DNA of 64,000 nucleotides from Amoebidium appalachense (lineage: Eukaryota > Protista > Ichthyosporea): NCBI GenBank assembly GCA_963693365.1, contig CAVNZM010000003.1:12863252-12927251 (forward strand), written 5' to 3'. Shown piece after piece: positions 36,913 to 48,395 of the stretch. The number at the start of each line of letters is the position of its first letter. Position 1 is the stretch's first letter. The position numbers and the translations under genes were made by a program. Below the pieces are notes generated by a model, which saw only the letters and a list, made by a program, of their open reading frames with translations, was not told the origin of the DNA and ran no database searches.

Positions 36913-38241
36913 CTAGATGTACTTCAGGCTCAGCATGCCACCCTTAATGCTTACTATGTTGTGTATGCGCGCAAAGACAAAAATGTTATACTGCTCACCC
37001 TTAGGGACCTGGTGGAACCTCATAACTAGATCTACGGTATCTATTCTAGACATGTTAATGCTGCCGCTGGGCTGGATGGTGTCCTCGGGCTCTATGGAAA
37101 AGGGCACAAAATAAACCTGCATTGAGTCGGGTATGCGTGTGTGTGTCTTGCTGGCCAACACCTTGCTGCTGAAGTCCCCGCTGTATGCGTACTGCTGGGT
37201 GGTGTTGTTGAGCCTGATGGAGATGGTGTCCACCACATGCTTGCCCAGGGAGCGCGGGTTGAATGGCGCGTCGCTTCCGAGCTCAAAGAAATCGTTGCTG
37301 TTGGGAGTGGTGGACCGCGCAACTGGCTGCACGGCCACAATAAGCTCCTTTACTGGGGCTGCAAAAGTCAGTTTCTTTGCGACCTCTGTGGACGTCTTGG
37401 AGTCCAGCCGCTCGCTGAATACCAGGTTCTGCCACAGGTCCACCAGCAGCTGGTGCGTGCTCTGGCACCACGTGAGCCGCTCGTCTTCCTGCAGGAAAAT
37501 GTACTCGACCAGCAGCTCGGCCTTCTTGATTGCGCCGCTGTTGGGGTTGGGGAGCACTGCCTGGCCCGCGGCGGGGGCAGCGTCCACCACGACGTCCGCA
37601 AACGGGCGGATGTCAAAGACCAGCTTCACCTGGTGGAACTGGGTGGCAATAAGCGGCAGGGCAGTGCGGTAGGAGCGGTTGAACCAGAACCTCATGGGGA
37701 TGAAAAACTCCTGCTCGTAGCAGGCCCACTCCTGTAGCAAGTCTTTCTTGATCCACTTGTACTGGGAGCCAATCAGCCCGCCGGCTGTGGCCTGCTTTGC
37801 CACCGCACTGGCGTTGCCCTGCACATGGAACAGGCGCTTGGACTGCTCCTCCTCGATATCTTCGAGGATGGCCAGCAGGAGGCCGGTGGTCTCATCGATG
37901 CGGGTGTTTCCTACCTCCAGCTCCACGTGCCTCAACAGGGCAAACGGCAGCCTATCGACAAAGTGGGCGCGGGGGCCCAGGCCCGCGGATGAACGGTCCA
38001 GGGGGGCAACCACCAGGTGCAGATATATGTCTTTGATAAGATCTCCGGAACGGAAGATTTCGCACTGCACACCCGTGCGGCCATAGTCTAGTGGTTGCTG
38101 GAACTGCACGCTGAAGATTTCGGTGGAAAAGGGTGTGTGCTGGCGGTACACGGCTTTGAAGAGGGTCCCGCGTGGGTTGCCCGTCAGGGCCATGTCCAAG
38201 GCACCCTTGCTCAAAAGACCAATCAGGGCTATGTGTGACAT
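36913..38241 (-). CDS. mcp: NCLDV major capsid protein (double jelly roll), 442 aa
   Basis: [51 protein letters not shown]....[34 protein letters not shown] and C-terminal N...IKGG. ATG at 38241. Confidence 0.97.
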   Translation of the reverse strand: MSHIALIGLLSKGALDMALTGNPRGTLFKAVYRQHTPFSTEIFSVQFQQPLDYGRTGVQCEIFRSGDLIKDIYLHLVVAPLDRSSAGLGPRAHFVDRLPFALLRHVELEVGNTRIDETTGLLLAILEDIEEEQSKRLFHVQGNASAVAKQATAGGLIGSQYKWIKKDLLQEWACYEQEFFIPMRFWFNRSYRTALPLIATQFHQVKLVFDIRPFADVVVDAAPAAGQAVLPNPNSGAIKKAELLVEYIFLQEDERLTWCQSTHQLLVDLWQNLVFSERLDSKTSTEVAKKLTFAAPVKELIVAVQPVARSTTPNSNDFFELGSDAPFNPRSLGKHVVDTISIRLNNTTQQYAYSGDFSSKVLASKTHTRIPDSMQVYFVPFSIEPEDTIQPSGSINMSRIDTVDLVMRFHQVPKGEQYNIFVFARIHNIVSIKGGMLSLKYI

Positions 38242-38346
38242 GGTGCGGTGCAGCGGGGGTGTTGTGATGGCGTGAAAAAAAGGGCGGGAGGAGAGGCCAC
38301 GACGTGAAAACACTGATATTTTATGGCCTACACATAGAAGGGTGGT

Positions 38347-40758
38347 ATGGATGAAAGCCTGTATGCAACCGACAATGCTGGGTTGCACAACTCTGTCGCC
38401 AGCGACCTGTACCACACAAACTCCACAGGCAGGCCCGTGTACCGCCGGGCCCGGCTGAGGAGCACGCCGAATAGCCCTATCAAACGCCGCATCAAGCAGT
38501 ATGGCCGCACAAGCATCAAGCCTCCGGAACGACTCTCCATCCACGCGATAAATAGCCACAACCACAGCCGCCCGCTCCTGCTGCTGGTGCGGGAACTCCT
38601 GCAATCCCCGCAGCGGGAGTGGGTCATTCTCACCCCTCGCGGACTGGGTGCCGTCGAGCGGGCCAACCTGGAGGCGTACGGCGTGGTGGTGGCCAATCCC
38701 AGTGACTGCGGCTGCCCGTGGAGCATACTGGTGCGTGCCCCCCTGGCTGCGCGGCAGCTGCAAACACAGGATGACGCGCTGGCGGGTTTGCACGTGCACA
38801 CCTTGGACCTGCACATGTGCCGCCTCACGCGTGTGGTGTTTGCGAGCCCCACACAAGCAGACGGTGCCGGGGATCTTGGAAACCAGCTGGGAGTGTTCTG
38901 CGCGGAGGCCCTTGAGGCGCTGGATAAGCTGACAGACCCGCGCACGTGCGGGCGCGCCGTGGTGTGTGTGACGTCGGTGGGCTCTCTGCGCTGGAGGCCT
39001 GAGGAGTTCAGGGAGCTGGGGCAGGAGGGTGGAACAGCGGTGTATGCCGAGGAATGGCGAGTGGCAGCTCAGATGGTGCTCACCGGGTCAGTGGGGGTGG
39101 TGCTTGAGCACCGAGACGTGCAGGCACCTCCACCGCAGCTGCCAGTGTTGCCTGACGCAATGGATCTGGATGGCGATGAACCGCCTGCCAATGAGCATAT
39201 AGCCCCCGGACCGGGCCAGGTTGGTGGCCAGATGGGGAATGCGGGGCAGCTAATGCCCCCAGCACCGGCGCCAGCAGTGGGGGCCGACGAGCAGCAGGCG
39301 CCCCCAGCCCCGGTGCCAGCAGTGGTGGTCGATCAGCAGCCGCCTGGTGCAGAATTCCATTTCCCTGCACAACAGGAAGAGCTCGAAAGCAGTGCAGAGG
39401 TAGTAGAAGCACACGAGGGCGAAATAGAGGGGTCTGGCAACCATGGCGATGTTAATGCGGAGGAAGTTGGTGTTACAGGGGACTCCAACATGGACCTGCG
39501 TGGCTCGCAGAAGGAAGCAGAGGAGGATGTGCAAGAGGAGGGACTCGGATATGGAAGCCCCATGGTCCAGGAAGATGGGGTGCAGGCAGGGCCAATGGAG
39601 GATTCCGCAACAACTGAGACATTGCACGAGAAGAGAATGGGTGAGAGTGTGGAGGGAGGGGGGAGCCAAGGAGATAAAGGGGCACACGCTGAGACAATGG
39701 GAACAGCTGATTTGATAGCAAAGAAACGGAGACATGTAGCAGCACTGTACAAGGAAGCTGCAGGGAAGTGTAGGCAGTCCGGTGAGGCCATGTTCAGCGT
39801 TGACGGAATTGGGTGGCTTTCCAATAGAACAAACAAATATTGCTACATCAACGTGGTCTTGCAGCTGTTGATGTTTCTTCACAGGGTAAGCGGTGACCGT
39901 GCCGCGTTTCTGGCCATACCAGCGGCTGGGCCTGAGAACCTGGAGGAGAGCCTTTTTCAGGAGCTCTTGGCCTACATTGTCCCCCGGTTTGATGGCATTT
40001 TGGAGGGGAAGTGGACCCTGGATGACGCCGTGGCTGTGGAGGACTTGATTGGCGTTTTGGTGGAGAAAAAGAAGGAGCAAAAAGAGTCTGGAAAGCGGGA
40101 GGGGATCATAACAGGGCCGTTTGGGACTGACCCCGAGGGAGGGGTGATGCTGGAGGTGCTAGAGTGCGCCATGAATGTACTGCCAGCGGCGTTTTTGCAT
40201 TGTACCGTTCTTGTGCCTGGCCCACCTGGGTCTGTTGAGGAGCCCGTGTCTGTGAACTACATAAACCTGGGTCTCGCTGGCATAATTGAAGACCCCGCTA
40301 CCACGCAGGAGGGTGTTAGCCAGTTGCCAATTGAAAGCCAACTGGCCTCGCTGTCTTTGGTCTCCAGTGGGCGCGTCTCCAGGTTGTGGCACAGGTACAA
40401 CCTCTTGCTGCCGGAATACGTGCACCGTGGGACAGAAAAGGTTGCCGTGAAGTATGGACATGTGGTTCTGTTCGTACACCCCCGAACCACCGACAGCACG
40501 GTTTCCGTAGCCCCTCCGTACACCCTCAAAGCAGCCAACATCACTTACCAGCTGGCCTTTGCCATAGAGTACCTCCCAGCTCTTACAGCCACAGACCCGG
40601 CACATTTTATCACCTACGCCATAACCAGCTACGCGTACCGTCTAAATGACCAGTGCAGCGAATATGGCATAACCATGTTGGAGGATACTTGGAGCACCCA
40701 GTATCTGGAGGAGAACTGGACGCTGTTGGCCTATGTGGCCATACTGAAAACATTTTAG
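38347..40758 (+). CDS. Multidomain protein with C-terminal USP-like (peptidase C19) deubiquitinase
   Basis: Cys box GWLSNRTNKYCYINVVLQLL; His box YQLAFAIEY...AHFITY...YRLND; acidic Pro-rich linker. Confidence 0.78.
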   Translation: MDESLYATDNAGLHNSVASDLYHTNSTGRPVYRRARLRSTPNSPIKRRIKQYGRTSIKPPERLSIHAINSHNHSRPLLLLVRELLQSPQREWVILTPRGLGAVERANLEAYGVVVANPSDCGCPWSILVRAPLAARQLQTQDDALAGLHVHTLDLHMCRLTRVVFASPTQADGAGDLGNQLGVFCAEALEALDKLTDPRTCGRAVVCVTSVGSLRWRPEEFRELGQEGGTAVYAEEWRVAAQMVLTGSVGVVLEHRDVQAPPPQLPVLPDAMDLDGDEPPANEHIAPGPGQVGGQMGNAGQLMPPAPAPAVGADEQQAPPAPVPAVVVDQQPPGAEFHFPAQQEELESSAEVVEAHEGEIEGSGNHGDVNAEEVGVTGDSNMDLRGSQKEAEEDVQEEGLGYGSPMVQEDGVQAGPMEDSATTETLHEKRMGESVEGGGSQGDKGAHAETMGTADLIAKKRRHVAALYKEAAGKCRQSGEAMFSVDGIGWLSNRTNKYCYINVVLQLLMFLHRVSGDRAAFLAIPAAGPENLEESLFQELLAYIVPRFDGILEGKWTLDDAVAVEDLIGVLVEKKKEQKESGKREGIITGPFGTDPEGGVMLEVLECAMNVLPAAFLHCTVLVPGPPGSVEEPVSVNYINLGLAGIIEDPATTQEGVSQLPIESQLASLSLVSSGRVSRLWHRYNLLLPEYVHRGTEKVAVKYGHVVLFVHPRTTDSTVSVAPPYTLKAANITYQLAFAIEYLPALTATDPAHFITYAITSYAYRLNDQCSEYGITMLEDTWSTQYLEENWTLLAYVAILKTF

Positions 40759-40809
40759 CGGCCCGCGGCTATTCTTTTTTCCTGGCAACAGACAACTAAT
40801 TTCTATGGC

Positions 40810-42073
40810 ATGGCCAACCAACAGGATCTGCCTTCGCTGGACCGCACAGGATATGGTGCCCTCAAGCGCGCGTGCTGCCAGGGAGATGACCAGGGGGCGC
40901 GCCCAGCCAAGGTCTCCCGCTGGGATGGCAAGCAGGTGAGATGCTCCTCGGTTCTGCGGAGGCGCAGGGGGGCGCTGCCGTGTGCCACCCCCACCCGTGT
41001 ACTGGCGCAGGTACGGCTGGGCGGCGCAACCGTGTTGCTTGGGCAAGCCGTGCACCTGCGCACAAGCAGCGACCTGCAGTGGGCTACAGGACATTCTCGC
41101 GAGCTGGGGGAGCACTGACCGGCGGCTGTGGGTGGTGTACATTCGCCGGGAGGACGCGGACTCCGGGCTGCTGCGGGCGTTGCGCCGACATTCCGTGCTC
41201 TCCCTAGACGTCGTGCACATCTGGGGGGACGATCTGTCCTTTGACTTACTGTGCAGCCCGGCGTTCAACATGGCGGCACCATACTTCGGCGAGGGCTCAT
41301 CTGCTGTGGTTCTGGGGACAATGTTCTGCCCGTATGTGCAAGTGGCTGTTGGTGCAGGGCTTACGGCTGATGAATTGCAGACTCTTGATGCTCCCGATGG
41401 AACCGGTGGTGCGGCAGGTTGCCAACAGCGGCAGTGGTTTGGGCTGCACGTGGACGCTCCCCCCGCTAGGAGCGAGGATGAGGGGGCCCCAGGCCGGCAC
41501 CGGCGGGTGTTTGCGGAGTCAACCGGCCATCATTTACAATATGGTGCTTTGGATGTGGGCCAGCCCGAACATGAAACCACTAGGATTTGCTGGTGGAGCG
41601 AGTATTTTATTGGTCCAAAGTACAAGCTGGTGGCATGGCCAAATGCACCAGCTCCCGGCGCGGATGGGGGGGATGGGGGTGTAGACCATGAAGAGGGTCA
41701 AGCCAGCGATGAAGACGGTGACAAAGAGGGTGAAGCCGGTGATGAAAACGGTGATGAAGAGGGAGAAGACCGTGATGAAGAGGGTGATGGACAGAGTGAA
41801 GCCAGCAATGAAGAGTATCAAGCTGGTGGTGAAGACCAGCAATCGGCAGTACAAAGTAGCCAAGAATCAGTTGAATACGAATGGCCTGTGGGTCACGACA
41901 ACCAGGACAACCAGCCAGGCCATGAACAAGGTGGTGGTCAAATCCAAGAAAACATTGGAAATGTAGAAGAATTTGAATTCGATGAAGACGGCTATCCCCA
42001 GCGGGTGCCAGACGCCAGTGGGGTGGAGAGTAACGGGGGTGGTGAGTCCGAAGTTGAGGAGGGCGAAGAGTAG
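40810..42073 (+). CDS. Hypothetical protein with very acidic C-terminus; probable frameshift near 41080 and possible 75-nt intron at 40936-41010
   Basis: Overlapping ORFs 40810-41118 and 40982-42073; CAG|GTGAGA...GCAG|G; D/E-rich tail. Confidence 0.5.
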
Positions 42074-42303
42074 CAAGCTCTCATTGGCAGGCTCTGGTGT
42101 GATTGGCTTGTATAATCTGCGTCCTTTTTGTGTCTCCGTACCACTAAGCGCCATTTTGGGCGTGTTTAGATGTGTGGGCATGTGCGTCACTTTGGGGTAG
42201 TGATGCCGTATTTGTGTGGGTGGGGCGCGTCTGATTGGCTAGTACATGTTTCCAATACAAATTAACGTCCTTTGTGTGCTTTTGCTGTATCCGTGTGTGA
42301 TGG

Positions 42304-42620
42304 GTGTAGACACCGACGGCTCATGCCAACAAACGTCCGTTTGGGCGCATTGGTTTTATTTATGCTGGTATAAGATTGTCTGATTGGCTGTTACAAGTGG
42401 CTCGCACAAATAAATACCACTTAGGGCCTTCTCATCCGTGACGGCCTGTTTGGACGGTGTGTGTAGACACCGACGGCTCGTGCCAACAAACGTCCGTTTG
42501 GGCGCATTGGTTTTATTTATGCTGGTATAAGATTGTCTGATTGGCTGTTACAAGTGGCTCGCGCAAATAAATACCACTTTGGGCCTTCTCATCCGTGACG
42601 GCCTGTTTGGACGGTGTGTG
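42304..42620. repeat. 158-bp tandem duplication containing ATTGG (CCAAT) boxes upstream of the F-box gene
   Basis: GTGTAGACACCGACGGCTC...GGCCTGTTTGGACGGTGTGT at 42304 and 42462. Confidence 0.9.
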
Positions 42621-42705
42621 TCTCCACTGCTTTCTGGTACAAAAGCAGGTGCAGAGCCATGTTCTACCCAGTCACACACAGACAGGCACACAGCAAGAAC
42701 ACAAC

Positions 42706-44172
42706 ATGCTTGCAAACCTGCCTCCCGAGATTCTCATGCAGATACTGGAACTGCTGCCCCCTCAAGATGTTGCTCGTGTGGGGGCTACGTGCAAGTTTGC
42801 CTACAGGGCAGCAAAGGGTGTGCGGCCCACTGGCACCGTGTGTGTTGATTCCCGGAAAAGACTGGCTGCACTGGCATGGGCAGCGCAGAGGGGTGCGTTC
42901 CGTGGCCGCTCCATTTCCCTTCACAACATGGGCAGACTGCCCCGCACCCGGATTATGTCGCTGGTGCCTCTCATCAACAGCCTCACCGTGAGTGTTTGTG
43001 GCAACCGGTACCTGCACACCACCCTCAAGGAGCTGCGTGCGGTCTCAAACCAGTGCCTGCTACGACTCAGCTCATTTACTGTGGAGATGCGACTGACCAG
43101 TTCCCGGGATTTTGATGAGCTCCGTGGGTTTCTGTTGCCCCAGGCAGACACCCTTGAGAGCCTTGAGATTGTGTGTGCCTCGGAGGATACCCGCTGGCTG
43201 AGCAATATGTGGGTTGTACCAAGTCTTCCCAACCTGAAAAGGCTGAAGCTTGTGGCCGACCACGGGATGACCTCTGCTCTTTTGTCGCGTGCGTGCTTGG
43301 GGTGTCTTCTTGCAAACTTCCCTGCGCTGGTCAGTCTGGAGGTGCGCGGATTTGCCTTCAAACCCACCTTGGGCTGTCTGAATGCCGATGTGCACCGTCC
43401 ATCTGGGCTGCGGCGTCTCGTGAGCAGCACACCCATGACCGCCACGGACGCGCAGATGCTGAAGTCGCTGCAGACACTCCATTTGAACAACTGCCACGGT
43501 GTTATTCCTGTGGAGCTGCCCGTGCTCCATACACTGATTTGCGACTCATGCACACTGGGCCGCTATGACAGCGTGTGGTTGGTCCCCCAGCGGTTTCCCC
43601 GTCTGCGCAACCTGCACTTCCGCCACTGCTACTCGGTGCCCAACATCCCCTCCATGGGCCTGCATGTGCTGGAGGTGGCCCACAGCATCAGCCACATCGC
43701 CGTGGCAAGCAACCCGCTGGTGCGGCTGAGTTTGTACGGATGCCCTGTGAGTGACATCGCCATGGACTCCGTGCGTGCCTGCACATTCCTGGACCTTGCA
43801 GGGACAGAGATGTCGCGTAACCTTCTGGTGGCCCTCGCGTTCAACGCACAGGCCGTTACCCACCTCTCAGTGGCGGACACGGGCATGGAGTCGCTGGAGG
43901 CGCTCCGCTGCAAGGAAGAGCTTGTGTTGCTTGACTGTTCAAGCACCAAGGTGTTTGACCTGGACCCCCTGCGCACCTGCCCGAGGCTACGCATTCTCAA
44001 CGCGAGTAACACCTATGTGGCCGACCCTTCACCGGCGGTGTCGCTCGGCCTCACCCACCTGGACCTGCGCGACACGCTGCTGGATTCTGCCGCGCCTCTC
44101 GCTGCCGCCATGGGCACACTGCGCATGTTTGCATTTGGCAGAGACTTCACCAAGAGCAAGCCAGTGGAATAG
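42706..44172 (+). CDS. F-box plus leucine-rich-repeat protein
   Basis: N-terminal LANLPPEILMQILELLPPQDVARVGATCK (F-box) followed by LxxLxL repeats (LPNLKRLKL, LRILNASNT, LTHLDLRDT). Confidence 0.9.
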   Translation: MLANLPPEILMQILELLPPQDVARVGATCKFAYRAAKGVRPTGTVCVDSRKRLAALAWAAQRGAFRGRSISLHNMGRLPRTRIMSLVPLINSLTVSVCGNRYLHTTLKELRAVSNQCLLRLSSFTVEMRLTSSRDFDELRGFLLPQADTLESLEIVCASEDTRWLSNMWVVPSLPNLKRLKLVADHGMTSALLSRACLGCLLANFPALVSLEVRGFAFKPTLGCLNADVHRPSGLRRLVSSTPMTATDAQMLKSLQTLHLNNCHGVIPVELPVLHTLICDSCTLGRYDSVWLVPQRFPRLRNLHFRHCYSVPNIPSMGLHVLEVAHSISHIAVASNPLVRLSLYGCPVSDIAMDSVRACTFLDLAGTEMSRNLLVALAFNAQAVTHLSVADTGMESLEALRCKEELVLLDCSSTKVFDLDPLRTCPRLRILNASNTYVADPSPAVSLGLTHLDLRDTLLDSAAPLAAAMGTLRMFAFGRDFTKSKPVE

Positions 44173-44371
44173 GACAGGCCTGTGTTCATGCCCTCTTTGT
44201 TGCCACACGACTTACCTGATTTATTCCTTTGTGTGTTGCGATTACAAAAAGAAATGCTGCCACTGCATAAATGGCCAGGAACAGCTTGAACTCTGTGGGG
44301 GTCATTGCTGTGTTTGTGTCTGTATGACAAGAAAACAATTTAAAGTTTGAAACCACTTGATGTGGTGTACC

Positions 44372-45228
44372 TTATGGCAAAGCTAGTTTGTTGACAATGT
44401 TACAAGAATAAATCCCCCCGTCTCTCCCCTCGAAATCATAAAGGCTGCCATCTTCGTTGTGAAAAGACACTATCATTTCCTCCAGCATGGGCACCGGCCT
44501 TGTGTCGCCGCCTTCCATGCCCGCCCCGCCCTCCTTGACCTTGAACCGCTGCACACGGTCTCCGTTGTAGTCCGGGTCCATCAAGACCGCGCCAAAGTAG
44601 GCACCGCTGTCGTGGTAGACCTTTTCGCACAAGTGACGGGCTTGGCTGTGGGGTAGCTGTAGACGGATCAGAACGGCCTGGCCGCATGTGAGCGCGTATG
44701 GGTTCAGGGGTGGCTCGTTTGGTATGCCACCCCGCAGCAGCGTTGTCCCGCTGTGGAACCCCAGGTATCTATGAGGGGTGTTTTCCTCGAATGTGAGTAG
44801 CAGGTCGTGGGGATAGATGAACAATGTTTGCTTGTTGCTGTGTGTGACAACCAGCTCCTCGTTTTCATGGCCTCGTATGCCATGGAGAACCTCGGCTAGG
44901 CGCTGCCGTGCTCTTTCCAGGAGACTGGCAACCGTACACATCCCCCCTCCATGTACACTGGTGCTGTGGTATCGCCCAGCTGAACGTGAAACACAAACGG
45001 CTGTACATGAAAGGATGCCGGTGTTATCGGTATTTGTCCATAAGGGAGAAGCATCTTTGACACATTTGCAACGGGAAATGGTAGCTTTATATTGCAAGGA
45101 TTCTGCTGGGGGTGGCCTCTGCTTGAAACATAGAATTGCCGTTTGGTGACGGTGTTGAGCCTGGGCCGCGGTGCCTTTCTTTCTGGGTACCGACAGTGTA
45201 TATACTCTCCCTCGTCATCTGAGTGCAT
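44372..45228 (-). CDS. Penton/minor capsid-like single-jelly-roll protein with a 1-nt frameshift at about 44945
   Basis: N half FYVSSR..P...IKLP.PVANVSKM.L...QIP; C half YLGF and RP...LEEMIVSFHNEDGSLYDFEGRD. The halves join if one G is added to the G run (MEGG|MCTVASLL). Confidence 0.65.
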
Positions 45229-45308
45229 GGCAGTGACAGAGTTCTTCTTCTTTCCAGACACACAAAAAAAACCCAGTACCACCCCATTCTGGCTGGTCTG
45301 GTGCCTTT

Positions 45309-45563
45309 TCACGTCCTTGGCCCGCTGGTGTCAGAGGGAAAAGCCGACATGTGTTTAAGTATGAGTTGTATGTCGTTGGGGTCCATCAAGTTTACGTGTG
45401 TTCTGCCACCCATAAGGGCCTGCTCTGACGGTGTTAGCTGGACCCGCCCATGTGCCCGCTGCTCATGCATTAACAGGGCCATGGTGGCCTGCTCCTCTCT
45501 TCTCTCTTCCTCACTCAGCTCAAAATTTATGATGTGTTGCACCGTCTTGCCTCCGGGGGCCAT
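45309..45563 (-). CDS. Small hypothetical protein
   Basis: MAPGGKTVQHIINFELSEEERREE...; fills the gap between neighbouring genes. Confidence 0.45.
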   Translation of the reverse strand: MAPGGKTVQHIINFELSEEERREEQATMALLMHEQRAHGRVQLTPSEQALMGGRTHVNLMDPNDIQLILKHMSAFPSDTSGPRT

Positions 45564-45729
45564 CTGGCTTGTGACTGTGGGGATCTTCTTTGTTTGGCAC
45601 TGCATGGTGACAGTTCGCAGTCCTTAGGCATTGCCTGGATAAAATTGCTTGTATCTGCCAAAACAGGCCAAAAGTGCCTCTGGTTGACAACATCGAAATG
45701 TCTGCTCTGTCCAAGCAAAGGGCAAATCT

Positions 45730-45895
45730 GCGTGGATCTTGCGGGATCTAAATCGGATCTAAATTAGATCTATGTATTTTTGTGATTGGCTGGATCTGAT
45801 TTCAAGATCGATTTTGAAACAATAACCAATCTGACATCTGATTGGCCCATCCCGCACCACAGCTTAAATGCGATTGGCGGATATTGATCTGGAGT
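45730..45895. promoter_or_regulatory. Divergent intergenic region with clustered GATCT and CCAAT/ATTGG motifs
   Basis: GGATCTT, GGATCTAAATCGGATCTAAATTAGATCT, GATTGG three times, ACCAAT. Confidence 0.35.
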
Positions 45896-46040
45896 CCGGG
45901 TACAGCCGGAAGACGAGCTCGATTTCGGCACATTTGCCATCAGAGTCAGCTCTAGCGCAGTTCTTGTGTGGCTCTGCCAGTCCCTGTCTCGCTGCAGTTT
46001 TTTTTTTCTTGTCTATGAGTAGGCTTCATACAACACGGCC

Positions 46041-47357
46041 ATGTGCATACTCAAGTCTTTTATTATAAAGAACCGCCTCAAAAGGTGTGACTATAGCGAC
46101 CCCAAACCTGCACTCACCCATGGGGACCTGGCAGGGTGGCAGACTGGCTCGTTCGTCATCCCCGAAGACAAAGAACACGAGTTTATGGTGGCGTTTGTGC
46201 GAGATGTCGCAGCCGGATGCTACCACTGCACAATGGAGCGCCACAGCAGCGTCATGCAATTCTTCCTTGACCTTGACGTTAAGCTCAAGTCAGGCGAAGC
46301 AAACCCTCTAGATGCAGCCGATGTGACGCAGGTGGTTCTGGAGCAGTGCAAGAAAGTGCTGGTTGACTGCCCAGATTGTACGCCTATCATTTTGTCGTGC
46401 GTAACATCAGAGAAGGCTGGATACCACATTCACTTTCCCGGCATCTTCCTAACACGCGAGGCCGCCAAAATTGTTCGTTGTGTGGCAATGCCCATTCTGA
46501 AAGCCCGGTTCCCACACATTTCAGACTGGGAGGATGTGTATGACGCGAGCGTCTACAACAACAGCGGCCTGCGCCTGCCATACACACGCAAATCCAAAGA
46601 TGTCAATGACCTCAACCGCATGTACCGCCAGCCAGGTGTTGATGTGTCAAACGAGCAGGCCATGTTGGAGATTTTGCGTGCTTGCAGTATTCGCACCCGT
46701 GACGGCACCATGCCCCTGGTAGTGCACGAACGTTTTGCTGGGTTGGTGGATACCACAGCCAAGCGCAAGACAGCGGAAAAGGCCCAAAATGCCACCGCAG
46801 GCAAGCGTCGGAAAGCATATGACGGGCCTGCCCTACCGGAGGGCTATGAGATGCCAGCTGAGATGGTGCAAAAATGGATGGAAATGGCAGAGCAGTTTAT
46901 TAACAGCACGTTCCGTCACTCCATTGGCTATCCTGAGCCATTTGTTGTGCAGAGCTACGACACAACCAAGGACGCCGCAACCAATGAGCTCGTTGTTTTT
47001 GTTCGCTGCAAGAACACGCACTGCCCTAATAAGGGCAGTGCCCATCGGTCCCACAACGTGTACATCCGATTCTCAAAAAGTGGCGGCGCGAGACTGGGCT
47101 GCTATGACCGCGGCTCTTGTGCGAGTTATCGCTCTCCAAAGGTGGAGCTGTTTCAGAACCTACGCGACTTGTTTTGTCCTGCAGAAGCAAGAATTGAGAG
47201 GGCAAAGGAGATCATTTGTGCGAAGGGCAAAAAGTCTTCGATGGCACCCAGTAGCAAGAAGCCTGTTGCGGCAGGCAATAGCGTGCCCAACCCTTTTGCT
47301 GTGGCACGTGAGGTCTCGAGGCTGGGCAGAAAGAGTCTTAACATCTACAAGATGTAG
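46041..47357 (+). CDS. Archaeo-eukaryotic primase-polymerase (NCLDV/PrimPol type) with C-terminal zinc finger
   Basis: FFLDLD (motif I), GYHIHFP (motif II), VYDASVY..SGLRLPY.RK (motif III), and C.NK...H.S.N......CYD..C. Confidence 0.92.
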   Translation: MCILKSFIIKNRLKRCDYSDPKPALTHGDLAGWQTGSFVIPEDKEHEFMVAFVRDVAAGCYHCTMERHSSVMQFFLDLDVKLKSGEANPLDAADVTQVVLEQCKKVLVDCPDCTPIILSCVTSEKAGYHIHFPGIFLTREAAKIVRCVAMPILKARFPHISDWEDVYDASVYNNSGLRLPYTRKSKDVNDLNRMYRQPGVDVSNEQAMLEILRACSIRTRDGTMPLVVHERFAGLVDTTAKRKTAEKAQNATAGKRRKAYDGPALPEGYEMPAEMVQKWMEMAEQFINSTFRHSIGYPEPFVVQSYDTTKDAATNELVVFVRCKNTHCPNKGSAHRSHNVYIRFSKSGGARLGCYDRGSCASYRSPKVELFQNLRDLFCPAEARIERAKEIICAKGKKSSMAPSSKKPVAAGNSVPNPFAVAREVSRLGRKSLNIYKM

Positions 47358-47507
47358 GTGTACTGTGTGGTTGTGGTGCGGTTTTCTGCTAGTTGTTATT
47401 TTTTTGTTTTGTTTTCTTTTTTTTGTGTGTGTGGTTTTTCTTGCTAGCAGACTTCATGCTTGATCATGAGATTTGATAAGAAATTTTGTAGAGTTTGAGA
47501 GCTGAGG

Positions 47508-47918
47508 CTATACTCGGATTACACTTTCAAAAACGTCTGTGGCCTTGCTGCCATAATAACGCACTATTGTTTGGATAGAAGTGGCCAATGGCTTGTCGTC
47601 ATCGAGCTGCTCTTTGCAGTATTCCTCTACTTTCTGAACCAGTCTCCCTTGTGTGGCTTCACCCTTTTCCACCCGGCGCACCACAATGAATGCCAGAACA
47701 TACATACATGCCATCACCTTGGGCCATTTGTCCACTGCCTGTCTTGTGTAGTTAATAAACGATTGGAGTCTTGGTTTGGCTAGGAGCAAAATATGGGCCA
47801 GCTGGTTTTGCCATTCCTCTGGGGAGACTGAACTGCCAAACTCTTGTTTCATGGCTTCATCCATCTCTGTGATGAACATGCTTGCTGTTGCCCAGTTTTC
47901 TTCCCCGAACATATCCAT
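47508..47918 (-). CDS. Hypothetical helical protein (136 aa)
   Basis: AAAATG start (MDMFGEENW...). Confidence 0.6.
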   Translation of the reverse strand: MDMFGEENWATASMFITEMDEAMKQEFGSSVSPEEWQNQLAHILLLAKPRLQSFINYTRQAVDKWPKVMACMYVLAFIVVRRVEKGEATQGRLVQKVEEYCKEQLDDDKPLATSIQTIVRYYGSKATDVFESVIRV

Positions 47919-47999
47919 TTTGGGCCACCAGGCTGTCCCCGTACACTTATCCGCGAAAAAAAACAACACCAAACAACCAAAAGACCAATACCATAACAA

Positions 48000-48362
48000 A
48001 TGGCAGGTTCCGACATGGTGATCATGGGCATGCTGGTACTTACCACAGCCGCCATTGGCTCTATTGTTCTTGACGGCAAGTATGATGATGTTCTGACTGA
48101 TATGGCATCTGCTATAAACACGCCCCCTGTTACAAATGCAGGATATCAAGTTGGGAGGGGTTTGCCCCCACAAGCAGCTTCGTTTGCCAGCGTTAAGCCA
48201 GTGCGCGCTGGGTATTCCAAAAACAACTACCGCGCACTCGCAGTGCAGTCTGTGTATCGCCGTTCCCCTCTTCCCCAAAGACATGACCCCATGTATGTGT
48301 TTCCACACAGCCAGGCTCTTGCAGCAAGGCAAACGAGGCAAGAAATGGCTCTACGGATATAG
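48000..48362 (+). CDS. Small protein with N-terminal hydrophobic anchor
   Basis: AAATG start; MVIMGMLVLTTAAIGSIVL. Confidence 0.6.
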   Translation: MAGSDMVIMGMLVLTTAAIGSIVLDGKYDDVLTDMASAINTPPVTNAGYQVGRGLPPQAASFASVKPVRAGYSKNNYRALAVQSVYRRSPLPQRHDPMYVFPHSQALAARQTRQEMALRI

Positions 48363-48395
48363 CCCGCTACTTTAATGTGTGCTTAGTGCAAGGAG

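Noticed and set aside
38242-38856. 205-aa N-terminal extension of the MCP
   Set aside because: It is antisense to the 38347 gene and starts at a non-ATG codon; MCP similarity begins at the ATG at 38241.
36913-47357. Polinton/virophage origin of the capsid module
   Set aside because: The MCP motifs are NCLDV-type, and no pPolB, retroviral-type integrase or adenain protease is linked.
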